A stretch of DNA of 64,000 bases from Stegostoma tigrinum (taxonomy: Eukaryota): positions 122,218,674-122,282,673 of the forward strand of contig NC_081355.1 in assembly GCF_030684315.1 (NCBI RefSeq), read 5' to 3'. The position numbers and the translations under genes were made by a program. This document shows, in pieces, positions 10,991 through 23,910 of this stretch (the first letter of the stretch is position 1; each line of letters starts with the position of its first letter). The notes under the pieces are model-generated. The model was not told where the DNA came from. It ran no database searches and saw only the letters and a program-made list of their open reading frames with translations.

Positions 10991-13589
10991 GAGTCTTGGA
11001 GGGAAACCTTAATTACCTGCTTCTGGTCCCGCCAATGCTTTCCTACCTGATCTCGAAAATCCCTGGCCATGTATTTGGGTGATCTTGCTGAAGCCCAAAA
11101 TGTACATCCAAATTACTAAAGGGGTAAGGATAGATTCTTGGTGTACTCTTGAAGAGACAGTGCAACAATATGAAGAGAAGCCATTGCAGGTGGCTAGCTA
11201 TGATAAAGGCTGTGTATAATCCAAGGAGGATGAGGACCATTATTTTCCCATGATCAGAGTCATCAAAGGAGGTAAATTAATTTCATGTTGACCTACCCCT
11301 CTAATTGTTCTGTCCCTTCACGTTCTTTGATTTGGGTTGAAGAAATAAAGAGTCAACCTCGAGATGCAAGTGCCTGTGATGTGATGAATCACAGTCATTT
11401 CTGACTTCAGGCACCTCAGGGTCTATAATGGTGCATGGATCAGTACTGTTTGTTATTTGTACAAGTTAGACTGAAATTTATTAGTCGCATGCATTCTTAC
11501 AGCAGCTGAAGATTAGTACTGTACCACAATAGACTTGCTGAAGTATCATCAAAATACGTTTTGGTGAAGAGATACAATATGAAGTAGATATGAGCAATGT
11601 TGTTGGTATTGAGTTATTTTTTGGACAAGCATATTGAGAAGCATATTGTTGAGTGTCAGAGTCCTAATATCAGCTGCATCAAACCACTCACAATTTCTCA
11701 GCTAAACAGCTGTGGCACCTGTTTTTTCTGCCTCTTTATTTTTCTGTAGTTACGAGTCCCTTGACTACCTATGGTTCCCTTCCAGTGGGTTTAATTGTCA
11801 ATTGCCTGAGTTCAATTTTCTCCCTGGTGGTTTTCTTGACAGAGCTGAATATGTTACCAATGCCTTGCTGTGCTGTTTCATTAGTGGTGATTGCAGCGAG
11901 CTCTTTGACAAACTCCTACCATCGCTCCTTTTACTGTGCTTTTGGGAGGACGGAGAATAAATGTTAAAATGGTTGTCCTCCTAGTCATCACATCTCATGT
12001 GGTGAGGACTCTTTCTAGCTTGCAAAAACCAACCTTCCTACTTACATGCACAATATTCCAGAAATCTCTGCTCAGTTGCCCTGCTTTCATTACTACTTGC
12101 TAACTGCAGGGGATTTTAAAGTTTTTTTTATTTGTTGGAATGACTATCAAAAATGTGTGCCGAAGGGATTGAAAGCATCATTTTTTGGTGTATTTCAGTG
12201 ATGAAGGAAAAGGAAAATCTTAAAAAATCCATAAAAATGATACTGTACATAATGTCCACAGGATGTTCTTGTAAGAGCTGGTACTTGTTTTCACCTCGCT
12301 GCAAGTGTGATTCTGGAGACTTTAGACTGGGCATCGCTCTTAAGTACAAACTGATCCTTGCTGTGGCCTTGACAAGTGATCAGTGGCATCCATAAATGAG
12401 GCAAGAAAAAACACAGAGCTATATTTTGGTGACAGCAGAAATGTCCTCCCACTAGTCACAAAGGGAGATGTAACCTCTCTCACTTCAGCCAGTGGTAAAC
12501 TCTCAGGCAGAAGGTAGGGTGCCACACAACTTCCTATAGATTATTGTTGGTTGGTTTCTTTATCTGGAGGTTATTTAATCTCCCGAATTTCTTTTGCAGA
12601 ATAACCCCAGCATTTGTGCTGCATGCAAGGAGAATGCTGATTGATTTGATTTATTTGTTGTCACATGTTTCTGGTTACATTATACGGTGAGGAGTTGCAT
12701 TGTGTCACCACTCCCCAGCTCCATCTTAAAACAAAGAAAAATAAACCAAAACATTGACAATAAAGGCTGGAAAAAGAAAACATAAATGAAGTCTCCAAAT
12801 TTACAGTTACTCTTGTGAAGTGTTCTGCCATGGGCCATGGGCCTAGTGTCCAGTCATGAGTCCCCTTTGCTGCACTGCCCCCAGCCAAAGGCAAGTCACT
12901 GCGTTTTGATGTCACCTAGCCTCCACCTGCACCTTCGGCACTATGAGTCCTCACTGGAACTTGCCAATCTAGACCCCACTGATGCTCCCGGGTACTGTAC
13001 CATCCCCAAATTCTAATCCGCCTCTGCCCGAGACTGCTTTGGGTTCACCTCGCCACTGCTGATGTCACCCGGTCACGTACTGGGCCCAAACTCAAATATG
13101 CTGCTGCCTTCATGAATATGCACTGGACACAGATGCTGCCAGGAATGAAAACTTACCTTCCACACCACTGCCATGAGCCTGCAGTGCTGGGCTCACTCAC
13201 CACCACTGATGCTGTCGACACCACAAAGTTTTCACCAAGAGGTAAACAAAATAAAAGAGAGAAGAAAAAAAAACAGAAGAGAGAAAAGAAACAAAAAGAA
13301 AAGTGGATGGAGCAGATGAGCCCTGGGATCAGAAGCCCTACTTCACCATCATGTTACTGGAAGTGGTTGGCAATTGGGCTCTGATTGGCATGAACTGATT
13401 GACAGTTTACTGCCAGGCTTTGTATAAATTTAAAACCAGGTAGGCTGACTCTGATTGATCTAGGTGTTACTATGTGAAGTAAACCAGTGAATTGCTGTCA
13501 CCTATTTGTGGAGTTGAGATGGATACACTTTGCATATATAGGATAACAAAGTATAGAGCTGATGAACACAGCATGAAACAGGCAGCTTC

Positions 13590-14330
13590 ACCTATTGTTC
13601 AAGTTTATAGATGCCTTAACTTTCTCAAGTAATGTGAGGTAGATCAGGCATTTTTCATAATTAAAAGTGACTATCTTAGGCCCATGCAAGAGTTTTTGCA
13701 GTAAAATCTGAGAAATGACCTGAAAAGGGTAGCCAATTTCTAAAAGTCTAGCTTTGATACTCCTTATTTCAGCTTCAGGTTTACATGGTGAACAGATGGC
13801 TAGGACGTGCTTGCGGTAAAACCAATCTTGCCGGATATGAAACTGTAGGAGTCCCAGCGTATATACTGACCAGTGAAGGTAAGTTTGCACTGAAGGTAGG
13901 TTTGCATCAGAAATAGTACAGAATCCATTTTTCAACTTGGACATCAAAGAAAGGGAGCAAATTTCACCTATCCATTTCAAGCATGGATTTAATACAGGAT
14001 GAAGCCCATTAAGAAATAAAGGAACATTTTTACACTTAGCTGTAGATTAAAATGTAGCAAAAGAAATATGTATGTATTTGAAATATGCAAAGGGTTGGAG
14101 GGTAAGTGTCATTTAATGGAAGACACATTTCTCATGGAATCCAACAATGGATGCATTCTCCCTGGCAACACCTTTACCAAACAGAGCCTGCATATCAACC
14201 ATGCACTCATGCAATATAAATGGTGTTTTTTCCTTTATATTGGTATTCTTATGAAATGTCCTGATGAGCACAACATAGAAGTTTAGACAAAAATGTGTAT
14301 ATTATCAGCATACTCAACTTCTGTACAACA
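13590..14330 (-). mobile_element. Decayed Penelope-like element: RT fragment plus inverted terminal segment
   Basis: ORF 13588..13980(-) AICSPCKPEAEIRSIKARLLEIGYPFQVISQ resembles the PLE RT thumb (ICS......E...I...L..NGYP). A plus-strand hammerhead-like tgtc-CTGATGA...GAA-gttta-gaca lies at 14257-14289. Confidence 0.65.
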
Positions 14331-15010
14331 CTGCCACTATTTGTATACCTGAGACAAAGGTATATGGAGGTGCAAGGACCAAATTTGAAATGTTAACATC
14401 ATAGTTCATCTTGCTGGTAAGATAAGCTTCATTTTAAACTAAACCTAAGGTTGTGCCAGTTTACATTTCCGAATGTATTCCATATGGTTAGACAAATTGC
14501 AACACGCATTTTTGAGCCAGTTTTCCACTTACACAATGAAGGATTCCTTTATACTTGAGAAGAACATATCAAACTTATATATCAATGTCAAAGCAGTATC
14601 CATGTATTCATTTGACTTTGCTACCCTATTTATAACATATCACTGAAGAAAGCCAGAGACCTCTGCATGGCAACACTGTGTCTTGTTAATCTGGACTCTT
14701 CACCGTGTCATAAATCAGTATTTGTTGAACTTAGAAACTCAGCAACTTTCACAGTTGAGTCCAGTTTCAATGACACCATGCGTATCTAAGTAGGTAGCAT
14801 TGCCACGGGATCTCTACTGGATCCAGTTCTTGAAAATTTCTCTGTTAGATCCCATGGGAAACATATCTTTGGTGGGAAAAATATCCTATATACAACCTTT
14901 GCATATTTCTGGCAGATAAAACAGATATATGCTACATTTGAATATACAACTACTCATAAGAATCTTCTTCTATGTCTTAATGGACTTCAACTTGCACTCC
15001 AACTTATGTG

Positions 15011-15221
15011 TGTAGAGTGATTGGAACCAGGGCCAGGTGGATCTCTTTGACTATGAAATCCTTGTTTGGGGCTGTTAATCTGGGCCAGTCAGGGAGACCT
15101 GGTAGATAGGTATGAACAGGAGATTTAGAAATTCTCCTGACTTTGACCTGGATGTATACTGTGCACAGGTAACTAAAGGGTGACTTAGTGATGGGATACC
15201 AGCCTATATGCAGTTATTTCA
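15011..15221 (+). mobile_element. Solo LTR related to the Gypsy LTRs at 2055 and 4320
   Basis: tgtag...atttca termini; gctgttaatctgggccagtcaggga and aaagggtgacttagtgatgggataccagcct match the reverse complement of LTR 2055-2296. Confidence 0.72.
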
Positions 15222-15653
15222 GTTTGAAAGGGAACAGTTAACTGAGTTAGTTCTAGTTGAGAAATAGCTGGGGAGGTGACATTTCTTTACTACTGTCTAT
15301 TGCAGACCCACATTTACTGGTCAGCTTACTCATAGCTGATTCCCAATAAGGCCAATCCTATTTTGTGTGGAGCTGTAGGAATCTCAAATGCTGAAACAGG
15401 GCACAAAGACATCCCATTGGGGTAATGGTGACCCTGATCAGATCACTTCTCACTGTATATCACAAACTCATGGAGGGCCCCAAGGGAATCATTCTTGGCC
15501 CTGAAACGTGGCCAATTCACCGCAGATTAACTGGGAAGGAAGTCTTTCAAAGAGTATTAAACATAATGTATCTTTGTAACACTATATTGAAAGCCGTCCT
15601 TTACCAAAGCAGGATGTCTCACTAGATTGTTGTATTTTGTTTTATGAATTCAT

Positions 15654-15980
15654 ATTTCAAAACTCCATATTTAGTTGCTTACTAATTGGTAAAGGGCAAT
15701 AATGAAATTTTCTGCAGATTCCCCTAAAAGCTGAACTCTCCCTTTTAAATGGTTGTCCTTCAGGTACATTTTTGTCCTAAAATTGAAGTGATTATCAAAA
15801 CCATTTAGGACATCTACATTAGCATCTGTACTCTCTAATATTCTATTCATTGCTTCAGTTGAATCCATTAAAAATTGGAGTGTATTAACTGCTCAGCTTC
15901 AGGGTTTGGATTTTACTTTCGAGACATTGTTGTATCATAAGAAATATTGCCTCCTTAATCTTGTGTTTTTTATGGTCATT
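15654..15980 (-). mobile_element. Decayed Gypsy gag fragment (template of the inverted copy at 16227-16553)
   Basis: VLNGFDNHFNFR...RVQLLGESAENFIIALYQLVSN resembles Gypsy gag F..R.Q..GES...FI..L..L. Confidence 0.6.
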
Positions 15981-16080
15981 CTCTGAGCTTAAATCTTTGT
16001 GGAAGTGTTACTTTTTTTTCTCAGTACTTCTGACAATTATTATTGTAGAACTGATTTAAATCTGTATCATCTCAGTACTG

Positions 16081-16753
16081 GGAGATAGTAGGACTGCCGA
16101 TGCTAGAAAATCTGAGGTAACAAGGTGTAGAGCTGGGTGAACACAGCAGGCCAAGCAGCATCAGAGAAGCAGGAAAGCTCACATTTTGGGTCTGGACTCT
16201 TCTTCAGAAACTTTCTGAAGACCATAAATGACCATAAAAAACACAAAATTAAGGAGGCAATATTTCTTATGATACAACAATGTCTCGAAAGTAAAATCCA
16301 AACCCTGAAGCTGAGCAGTTAATACACTCCAATTTTTAATGGATTCAACTGAAGCAATGAATAGAATATTAGAGAGTACAGATGCTAATGTAGATGTCCT
16401 AAATGGTTTTGTTAATCACTTCAATTTTAGGACAAAAATATACCTGAAGGACAACCATTTAAAAGGGAGAGTTCAGCTTTTAGGGGAATCTGCAGAAAAT
16501 TTCATTATTGACCTTTACCAATTAGTAAGCAACTAAATATGGAGTTTTGAAATCTGAGATGAGATAACAAGGTGTAGAGCTGGGTGAACACAGCAGACCA
16601 GGCTGCATCAGAGAAGCAGGAAAGCTCACATTTCGGGTCTGGACACTTCTTCAGAAAGTTTCTGAACAAGAGCCCAGACCCAAAATGTCAGCTTTCCTGC
16701 TTCTCTGATGCAGCCTGGTCTGCTGTGTTCACCCAGCTCTACACCTTGTTATC
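16081..16753. mobile_element. Composite Penelope-derived insertion: family-A terminus + inverted copy of flanking DNA + family-A palindrome
   Basis: 14-bp TSD tcatctcagtactg at 16067-16080 and 16754-16767; internal 16227-16553 is the reverse complement of 15654-15980. Confidence 0.85.
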
Positions 16754-16826
16754 TCATCTCAGTACTGCTTGTGATCTAATGTCACCTAGCTTGTATTCTT
16801 GCATTCACCCATGATGTTTAAATTCA

Positions 16827-16913
16827 ATTATGATATAGATTATTCTAAAAGTGTTTCCTCTATTTGTATTGATATTATGATATAGATTATTATGAAAGTG
16901 TTTCCTCTATTTG
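16827..16913. repeat. Tandem duplication of a 40-bp unit with a 7-bp spacer
   Basis: attatgatatagattatt(ctaa/atga)aagtgtttcctctatttg at 16827-16866 and 16874-16913. Confidence 0.9.
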
Positions 16914-18029
16914 CCAATCTTGATAAATTCTGTATTGCAGTAATATTGCATTAATCTTTCCAACAAAACAATAAATTCTACAAACGGGCTTTTCAGTAGT
17001 GATTTATTGCTTTCAACATTCAAAATTCTATTTCTTTTTGAAATTGTATCTCTGTACTGCTTGCTGGATTTTCCCCCTTTTGGGGGTTTTGCTGCCCCTT
17101 TAAATAATGAAAATGATATTTGGCTGACTTTTTCAGGGTTCCCACTTTCTGCAGCTTACTCAATATTCCATAAGGACACTGGTTGATTTCCCGCTTTTCA
17201 TAGCTTGAAACAACAAACACGTCCTTCGACTCAAATTTTTAATGTTATAAGGACCACAGCCAGAATATCTTCCTACTGAAATGGTTGTTTAATTGGCGAA
17301 TACTACTTGTTTCTCCTGAGTTATTTCAAACAACCTTGGGTAAGTGTGACTTGAACTAGGGCCCCCTAGGTTAGGGGTGGAAAGCACTGCCACTGGACCA
17401 CAAAAGTACTCATAATAAATAGGATTCTTGGGTGCAGGACTGAACACACCCGTCCCTGTGAAGTCTAGTGTAGCACACACTGTCTGTACCTACAGACTGT
17501 GTGTAAAACCTACAAAATTGGTGCATCTGAGTGCAACATAAACTCCTTCAGAACTATTACTTATACAAGATGGAGACAAGGGAATGGCATCATTCTATGT
17601 CAACTGCTGAACATGGTCTTAGGAATATTAGCCAACATGTTTTACACCATACTATATTTTTCTACTGAAGTTCGTGTCTCAAGAGTTTAAACTCTTTTTG
17701 GTCACTCGTTTCCTATTCTCATTTGCTTTTTCTTGGCTTGACATTAAAAATCTTGGAAATATGTTCCAAGTATATAAGAAATATAAACTGTTGTGGAGGA
17801 AAGTCGGCTGCCAATTGTTTGGTTCCCATTTGGTTACTGGCGCAGACCAGTTTCTTCATGGCCTGTAAAACTGGTACAGAAAACAAAAAGTAAATGCTGG
17901 CGGCTGTATGGTTATTTCCAAGGTTTTCACCAACACCCCTTTATATTATACATTTCTGTTCAATAGGAAGTTATTTATTGCTTTTAACATGGCAAATGAT
18001 GAACTTCATTATTTACCTGACTTTGTTGC

Positions 18030-18180
18030 CTGTGAATAACAGCATTGTTGGTCTACATCCAGCACGGGGACTGCAGTGGTTCAAGAAGAAAGGTCATCAC
18101 CACCTTCTGAAGGGCAACTAGGGGCAGGCAATATATGCTGGCTAGTTGGCGATATCCTTGCCTTACAAGAACTGAAAAAT
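18030..18180 (+). mobile_element. LINE 3' tail fragment
   Basis: ggactgcagtggttcaagaagaaaggtcatcaccaccttctgaagggcaactagggg, the reverse complement of the tails at 24640, 54830 and 58880. Confidence 0.7.
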
Positions 18181-18339
18181 AAATAACTAATTATGAGTTA
18201 GTTTGCTTTTTTGTTTGTCGTTTCCAGCTCGACTAATTGAAAGCGATTTACTCACCAACATTACATTATTGTCACTATCACTAATGCGTCCACATCCACT
18301 CAACTAGCATTTATAGCTCAGGCTGTGGAGATTTGTGCT

Positions 18340-18580
18340 CATGGAAATGGCAGCAGTGTCACCTGCTAAAGGACCTCACTTCTCTGCTAGAATTCTTCAT
18401 ATGATAACTGGTGCCTGTACACATCGTTTGATATAGAATAGCCCTGATGTGGAGAAAAGAAGCTGTATCACCAGCAATCACATAACCTCAGCGCAGGAGG
18501 AAATTGTCAAAGATCACTGAATCAGTAAGTCATCCACGTTTGAGAGGTTCAAAGCTTGTTGAGACAAGGTCAATGCCTAA
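18340..18580 (+). pseudogene. Possible decayed Harbinger Myb/SANT-like gene fragment
   Basis: KGPHFSARILHMI...EEI...TFERFKAC*DKVNA resembles .P.FS...L......W.EI...RT..QC..K.NDL; contains stops. Confidence 0.4.
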
Positions 18581-20534
18581 ATTTCAAATGAAATTTAAAT
18601 TTTAAGAGATTGCCTGTGTACTTCTTTGGATTGAATTTGCAAATCTATCTATCACTAATAAATCTCTATCTGTGTAAGTAAGTATTAAATTTCTAATGTT
18701 GCAGCTATCAAGAAATTTTTAATAGTATTTTTTGTCAGGTTTGTGTATTGTGTGGATATGAAAAGCATCAGATTACCTGCAGTTACTAATTAGATCCAAG
18801 TCATGCCCTTCTTTTGGAATTGAATATCAGCCATTTCAGTTATGGTAAAGGAAAAGTCAGAAATATGTGACAATGATACTCATAAATCACACACCACTCG
18901 TGGTGGCCATTCCGCCCATCATGTCTATGCTGGGTCTTCACTCCCCGTCTCTGAGACCATAACATTGCAAATGATTCCTTTTCAAATATATATCAAATCT
19001 GTTATGCGAGCTATTGGAGAGAATAATGAAGCCAATTTGTGAGTGGACTTCTTCAGCAACTTATTAGTTACAGGTAAAATTCATCTGGTACCTGCTTTGG
19101 GTTGATTTGCGCCAATAATTCTATTGAAATTGTGCACAATAAGTGTATAGAGCAGTGCATTTCTTTGTGTTTTCAAATATGAAGTGGTAATCTACTTATT
19201 AATGTTCTGGTATTTCATTATGTTTCAATATTTAAGCAAATATTCTTTGAAATTAGCCAGACAGCCTACAAACTATAGTTAATAACTGCTTTATTTTTTT
19301 AAAATAATTCACTTGAACTGATGATTTGATTAATGTATTGAGTTCAATGTATTGATTATTGATAAAAATGTTCAACTGATAATTTACCTGAACTGACAAA
19401 TTGATTTATGAGTTTGAGGTATTAAGTTTTAGGTTAATGTGTTTGCTGAATTATTTGCGATATGTAAAATTGTTGCAAAGAGCTTAAATCCACACAAGCA
19501 CAGTTGTTTTTTCCATAACAGCTAGCTTACAACATTTTTTTCCTTCTGTCTGAACTTTGCTAATCAATGATTCCCGTACAGCCAATTCTTGTTCCATAAA
19601 TGATCTCCTTCTCATAATGTTATCAAGATGTCAAATCTTCAACTTTAATTTTTATCATTGTAATTGTATAATTTCCAAAATATCCTTTATTTTGTATGTT
19701 TAATTTTCACATTTTGGGATGAACTGATAATGAGGTAAAGTATGTTATTCAGTCATATCACTATTTTCTTTGCAGGAGTTCACAATTAACATGAATCACC
19801 TAACAAGAATAACTAGCTAAGTAGAGTTAACTGTAATAAGAAAATGTAATTAGTTTATCGCGCAGAATTAACTTGATAGTTTAATCTTGATATATTAATT
19901 TAATTAATTCACTTGAATGTTTTATTTTATCAGTTAGAAGTTTTTTTAAATATGTTAAAGGAAGTGGAAACACTGATCTAATTGTTTGATCACAATAACA
20001 AATGATAAAGGAATCCTTGACTGGCTATTTGTCCGAAAGAACAGTGAGCATGGAGAGCATACAGTTCCGTTGTGATTTGATCATAAATTGATTAGCAGTG
20101 TATTAGCCCAAACTACCCTGCATTTGGATTTACTGTTGTTCTAATAGCTACAGAAATGAAAGTGACTAATGTTAGGTCTTCACTTAAAACTAGATATGAC
20201 ATGGACTTTAGCACCAGATAGCCTTATGATCAAATTGTGCTGCAGAATTTTAAGTTTTGGATCTGGTTAGTGTATTGGAAAGTAGCAAACAATGAAAAGT
20301 GATTTTTGATAGCTGAGAAGCTATCTTTTAAAGATATAAATCTCATCAAAATAAGACATTTTGTAGAAACAACAACATCCCATGAGTGAATAACAACTGA
20401 TTATTAGCATACTTCTGCATAAAATTCTTTCATGATTATGCCTTCCCTTGAGATATTTATTTACTTGATAAGCTGAGATGGCAGTTAGTGGAGTTAGATT
20501 TCCTCTACTTATTAGCCGAGGTGTTTGTTTAAAG

Positions 20535-21215
20535 TTTTGGCAAAGTTCTGTAGCTGGGGTTGTGGATGAGGTTGTTGACTTGCTCGCCGAGCTGTTTGTT
20601 CTCATTCAGACGTTTTGTCACCATGCTAGGTGACATCATCAGCGGATCCTCCGATGGGGCGCTGTTATTCTATTCCTCTTGGAATTTATATTGTTTGGAC
20701 AGATATGGTGAGTGCTGTCATTTCTGGTTTTGATCTGAATGGGTTTATATATGGGGTCCAATTCTATATGTTTGTTGATTTGGTTATGGGTGGAAATCCA
20801 TGCCTCTAGGAATTCCTGTGTGTGTCTGTTTTTGGCTTGACTATAGTTACCTTGTCCCAGTTAAACTGATGGCCTTCACTGTCTGAATATACAGATAGTT
20901 TTGCTGTTAGCTGATGTTTATGTACTTTGATGGCTAGTTCTTGTTTGTCTGATGTAATGTTTGTGGCAGTCATTGCATGGTATTTTGTAAGCCACATTGG
21001 TTCTGCATGTTGTGGGAATGGGGTCTTCAATCCTTATAAGTGTTTGTCATTGTGTGGCTGTGAGCTCGTGGACCAAAGCGATTCCCAGTGGTCTTAGAAG
21101 TCTTGTCATCAGTTACGTATGTTCCTGATGTCAGGCAGTGTGGTCAGTGTGTTGGGTCATACTGTGTCCTGTTGTTTGTTATGTAGGTACCTGTGGATGA
21201 AGTTGCGGGGTTATC
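20535..21215 (-). mobile_element. Penelope-like element 3' part, family D: GIY-YIG fragment and terminus
   Basis: Minus strand DPIPTTCRTNVAYKIPCNDCHKHYIRQT...HQFNWDKVTIV; hammerhead motif at 20609-20642. Confidence 0.8.
20609..20642 (-). ncRNA. Minimal hammerhead ribozyme motif (GAAA mutated to AAAA)
   Basis: CUGAUGA U GUCACC uagcau GGUGAC AAAA CGUC, with a perfect 6-bp stem II. Confidence 0.65.
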
Positions 21216-22656
21216 TATTTAAAGCAAGGATTTTGTAAAAGTGCTCTTTCTCTTTCCTGCGTATTTCTGGAGAGTTGTAGCGTGTCTGGGTCCTTTAAAT
21301 AATGTCCTAATGCTGCTCTGTCTGTGATTGTGCAACTTTGATTGAGATTCATAGAACTGGTTCTCCATACCTTTCGAGCTTGATGCACATATTCAAAATT
21401 CATGCACATATCTGACGCATCTTCCAAAGGGAAAAAAACCCTACATTTGGAAAAGGTTTGGAGTATTTATGGATATTACAGGATATTAATGAGTTGTAAA
21501 CGTCATCAATATGTCATTTACGTTTCATCAGGGCTCTCACTTGTGGAGGCCTGAACTCAATCGGCTCTCTGGAAAATGATCTTCTGTGCACCAGTCCTAT
21601 TTAAGCAGAGGGCTTGCTGACTATGGAATTGAGTTTGAATGTTGTAAGGTGCCAAAGTCAGAGCCATTACTTCAGCTGTAGGCTTTCAGGCAACTGATAC
21701 AGTTTACCCCCCTGGTTTCGAGGAAAAGTTTCTTCATTTTGTTTGGGCGTACCAGGCCCCATCTGATGTTCTGTACCTAACAATGGCTGAATTTGGACCC
21801 TTTCAAGTGCTTCATATTTCAGGCACGCTCTACAGGCACCTCGTATCACTGGAGAAGCAATGCCCTCTCAAGGCCCGCCAAATAGACGTAAAAAAAGCTG
21901 TCTAATAGGAGTATCCTCTCCCATGTCGGCCTGCTGAGAAACAGCTTTGAAGATATTCAAGAGATGAAACATCCCCACTAGCTGATGTGAGACCCTGGCT
22001 TGTGACTGAACAAATTAAATTCTGAAAGGCCCCAAATATGCCAAAAGACTTTGTCATGATTATGCAAAGCTGAAGTCTAGTCTGTGGGTACAAACCTTCA
22101 AACAACAACCACGAGCCTTCAGGCAACATGTGGAAGAGCGTGCAGACTCAGGATTAGACTTAACCATTTAGAATGTACCCAGAATGCAGACTGTTTAGAA
22201 AGAGGACAAAAGAGATAGACAACATTTTTTTCCTCATTTAATGTTTGTTATTGAGACAAATCAAAAAAAATTTCAAATGAAAGAGTGAATGCATTGATTT
22301 TAATTTTTTTTTCAAATGACTTTTTGTATAATAGATGAAGCCATAAAATGATTGATGCCCTTATGTGATGTAGGAGAATGCTTACAAAACCTTTGACATG
22401 TTACCAGAAACTTGAACACTAAATGACACGATGAAGCTCTCCAAAATCTCACTAAATACAATATGTCAAAATATGATAAATAGGAAATGTGTTTCAGTGA
22501 GCCAGAAAAGAAACTGACACATTGAGGGAATGAATGGCCTTTGGTGACTCCATTAGTTGGTATATTTACTGATGTCAATAAGCAGACAATCAAGTTATGC
22601 AAATCTGCATTTGGCTGTAAAATCCAATGTTGTTTTGTCATCTGAGGTTTCATTTA

Positions 22657-23116
22657 GAATCATAGAATACCTGTACAGTGGAAGCAGGCTATTCGATGTA
22701 TCAAGTCCACACTGACCCTCTGCTCCTGAGATGCTGCTTGGCCGGCTGTATTCATCCAGCTCCACACTTTGTTATCTCGGATTCTCCAGCATCTGCAGTT
22801 CTCATTATCCCTCCAAAGAGCATCCTACTTAGACCCACCCTACCTATCCTATCCCTGCAAACCTGCATTTCCCATGATTAATCCACCTAGCCTGCACATC
22901 CCTGGGGTACACGATGGGCAATTTAGTATGACCAATCCACATTATCTGCGCACCTTTACACTGCGGGAAGAACCTGAAGCACTCGGAGACAGCACACGCA
23001 AACATGGGAAGAATGTGCAAACTCCACACAGGCAGTTGCCTGAAGGTGGAATCAAACCCGGGTCCCTGGTGCCATGAGGCAGCAGTGTTAACCGCTGAAG
23101 CACTGAGCTGCCCCAT
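22657..23116 (-). mobile_element. HE1-type V-SINE with a nested family-A Penelope terminus (about 22720-22810)
   Basis: Reverse complement: ggggcagctcagtgcttcagcggttaacactgctgcctcatggcaccagggacccgggtttgattcc...tgtggagtttgcacattcttccc, ending in a HER1-like tail. Confidence 0.85.
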
Positions 23117-23354
23117 AGTTACAACAAAAGCATTGACAGAGACCTAGGAAACAGAAGCTTTCACCTGGAGTGAGGACCCATCCTGACTTCACAATAAAAC
23201 TGACTGAGATTGACTTGTTTGTAGATGGCCTTCCAATCTTCATCCTGTGTTAAAGTTAGCATCCAGGCAGGAAGGCTGCCACATTTCTTGCTGCTGTTTG
23301 ACTCCACTTAGTGGGTACGTAACTGAGCTGCTCTTAACTCAACAATCTGAAGCT

Positions 23355-23910
23355 TGATTGATTGATTGGTTGATTTACTTAGTTGATTGAATTATTTATT
23401 GTCACATGTACTGAAATACATTGAAAAGCTTTGTTTACAAGCATTACAGACAGTTCATAGTAAGCAGGGATGTACAGATTAAAGAGACTGAGGCAGAGGC
23501 AGACAGGTCACATTGCATAGGACATGAGCTAGGCAAGATGGGTCATTGTGGGGCATATCCTTCGGGGTCTCCAGTGTTGAGTGTTATTGTGGCGGAGGTG
23601 CAGTTGCCTATCCTCACTGATTGTGGCTTGTGGGTCAGAGAGCTGAGGATCCAGTTTCAGAGGGCGGAGCCAAGACAAAGGTTTTGAGGTCAGTCTGGAA
23701 GGGATAATGGTGTTGAAGGCAGAGCTATAGTCAACGAGCAGGCATCTGACATCGGTGTCTTTATTGTCCAGATGTTCCAGTGATAAGTGAAGGGCTGGGA
23801 TACGGCATCCTCTGTAGACCTGCTATGTCAGTAGGCAAATTGTAGGGAATTGAGTTAGGTTAGGAAACTGGAGTTGATGTGGCCCATGACCATCGTCTTG
23901 AAACACTTGC
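23355..23910 (-). mobile_element. Rex1/Babar-type LINE fragment with (attg)n tail
   Basis: Minus strand [16 protein letters not shown]...[28 protein letters not shown]. Confidence 0.8.

Noticed and set aside
15671-16536. Two near-identical 65-aa ORFs as a duplicated gene pair
   Set aside because: They are a decayed gag-like fragment and its local inverted copy
17719-17895. Minus-strand splice acceptor (ttttgttttctgtaccagttttacag) followed by a 47-codon open frame
   Set aside because: No recognisable protein similarity and no linked exon; such acceptors are common by chance
19764-19830. Plus-strand acceptor ttttctttgcag as an exon start
   Set aside because: Early stop codons and no strong donor site
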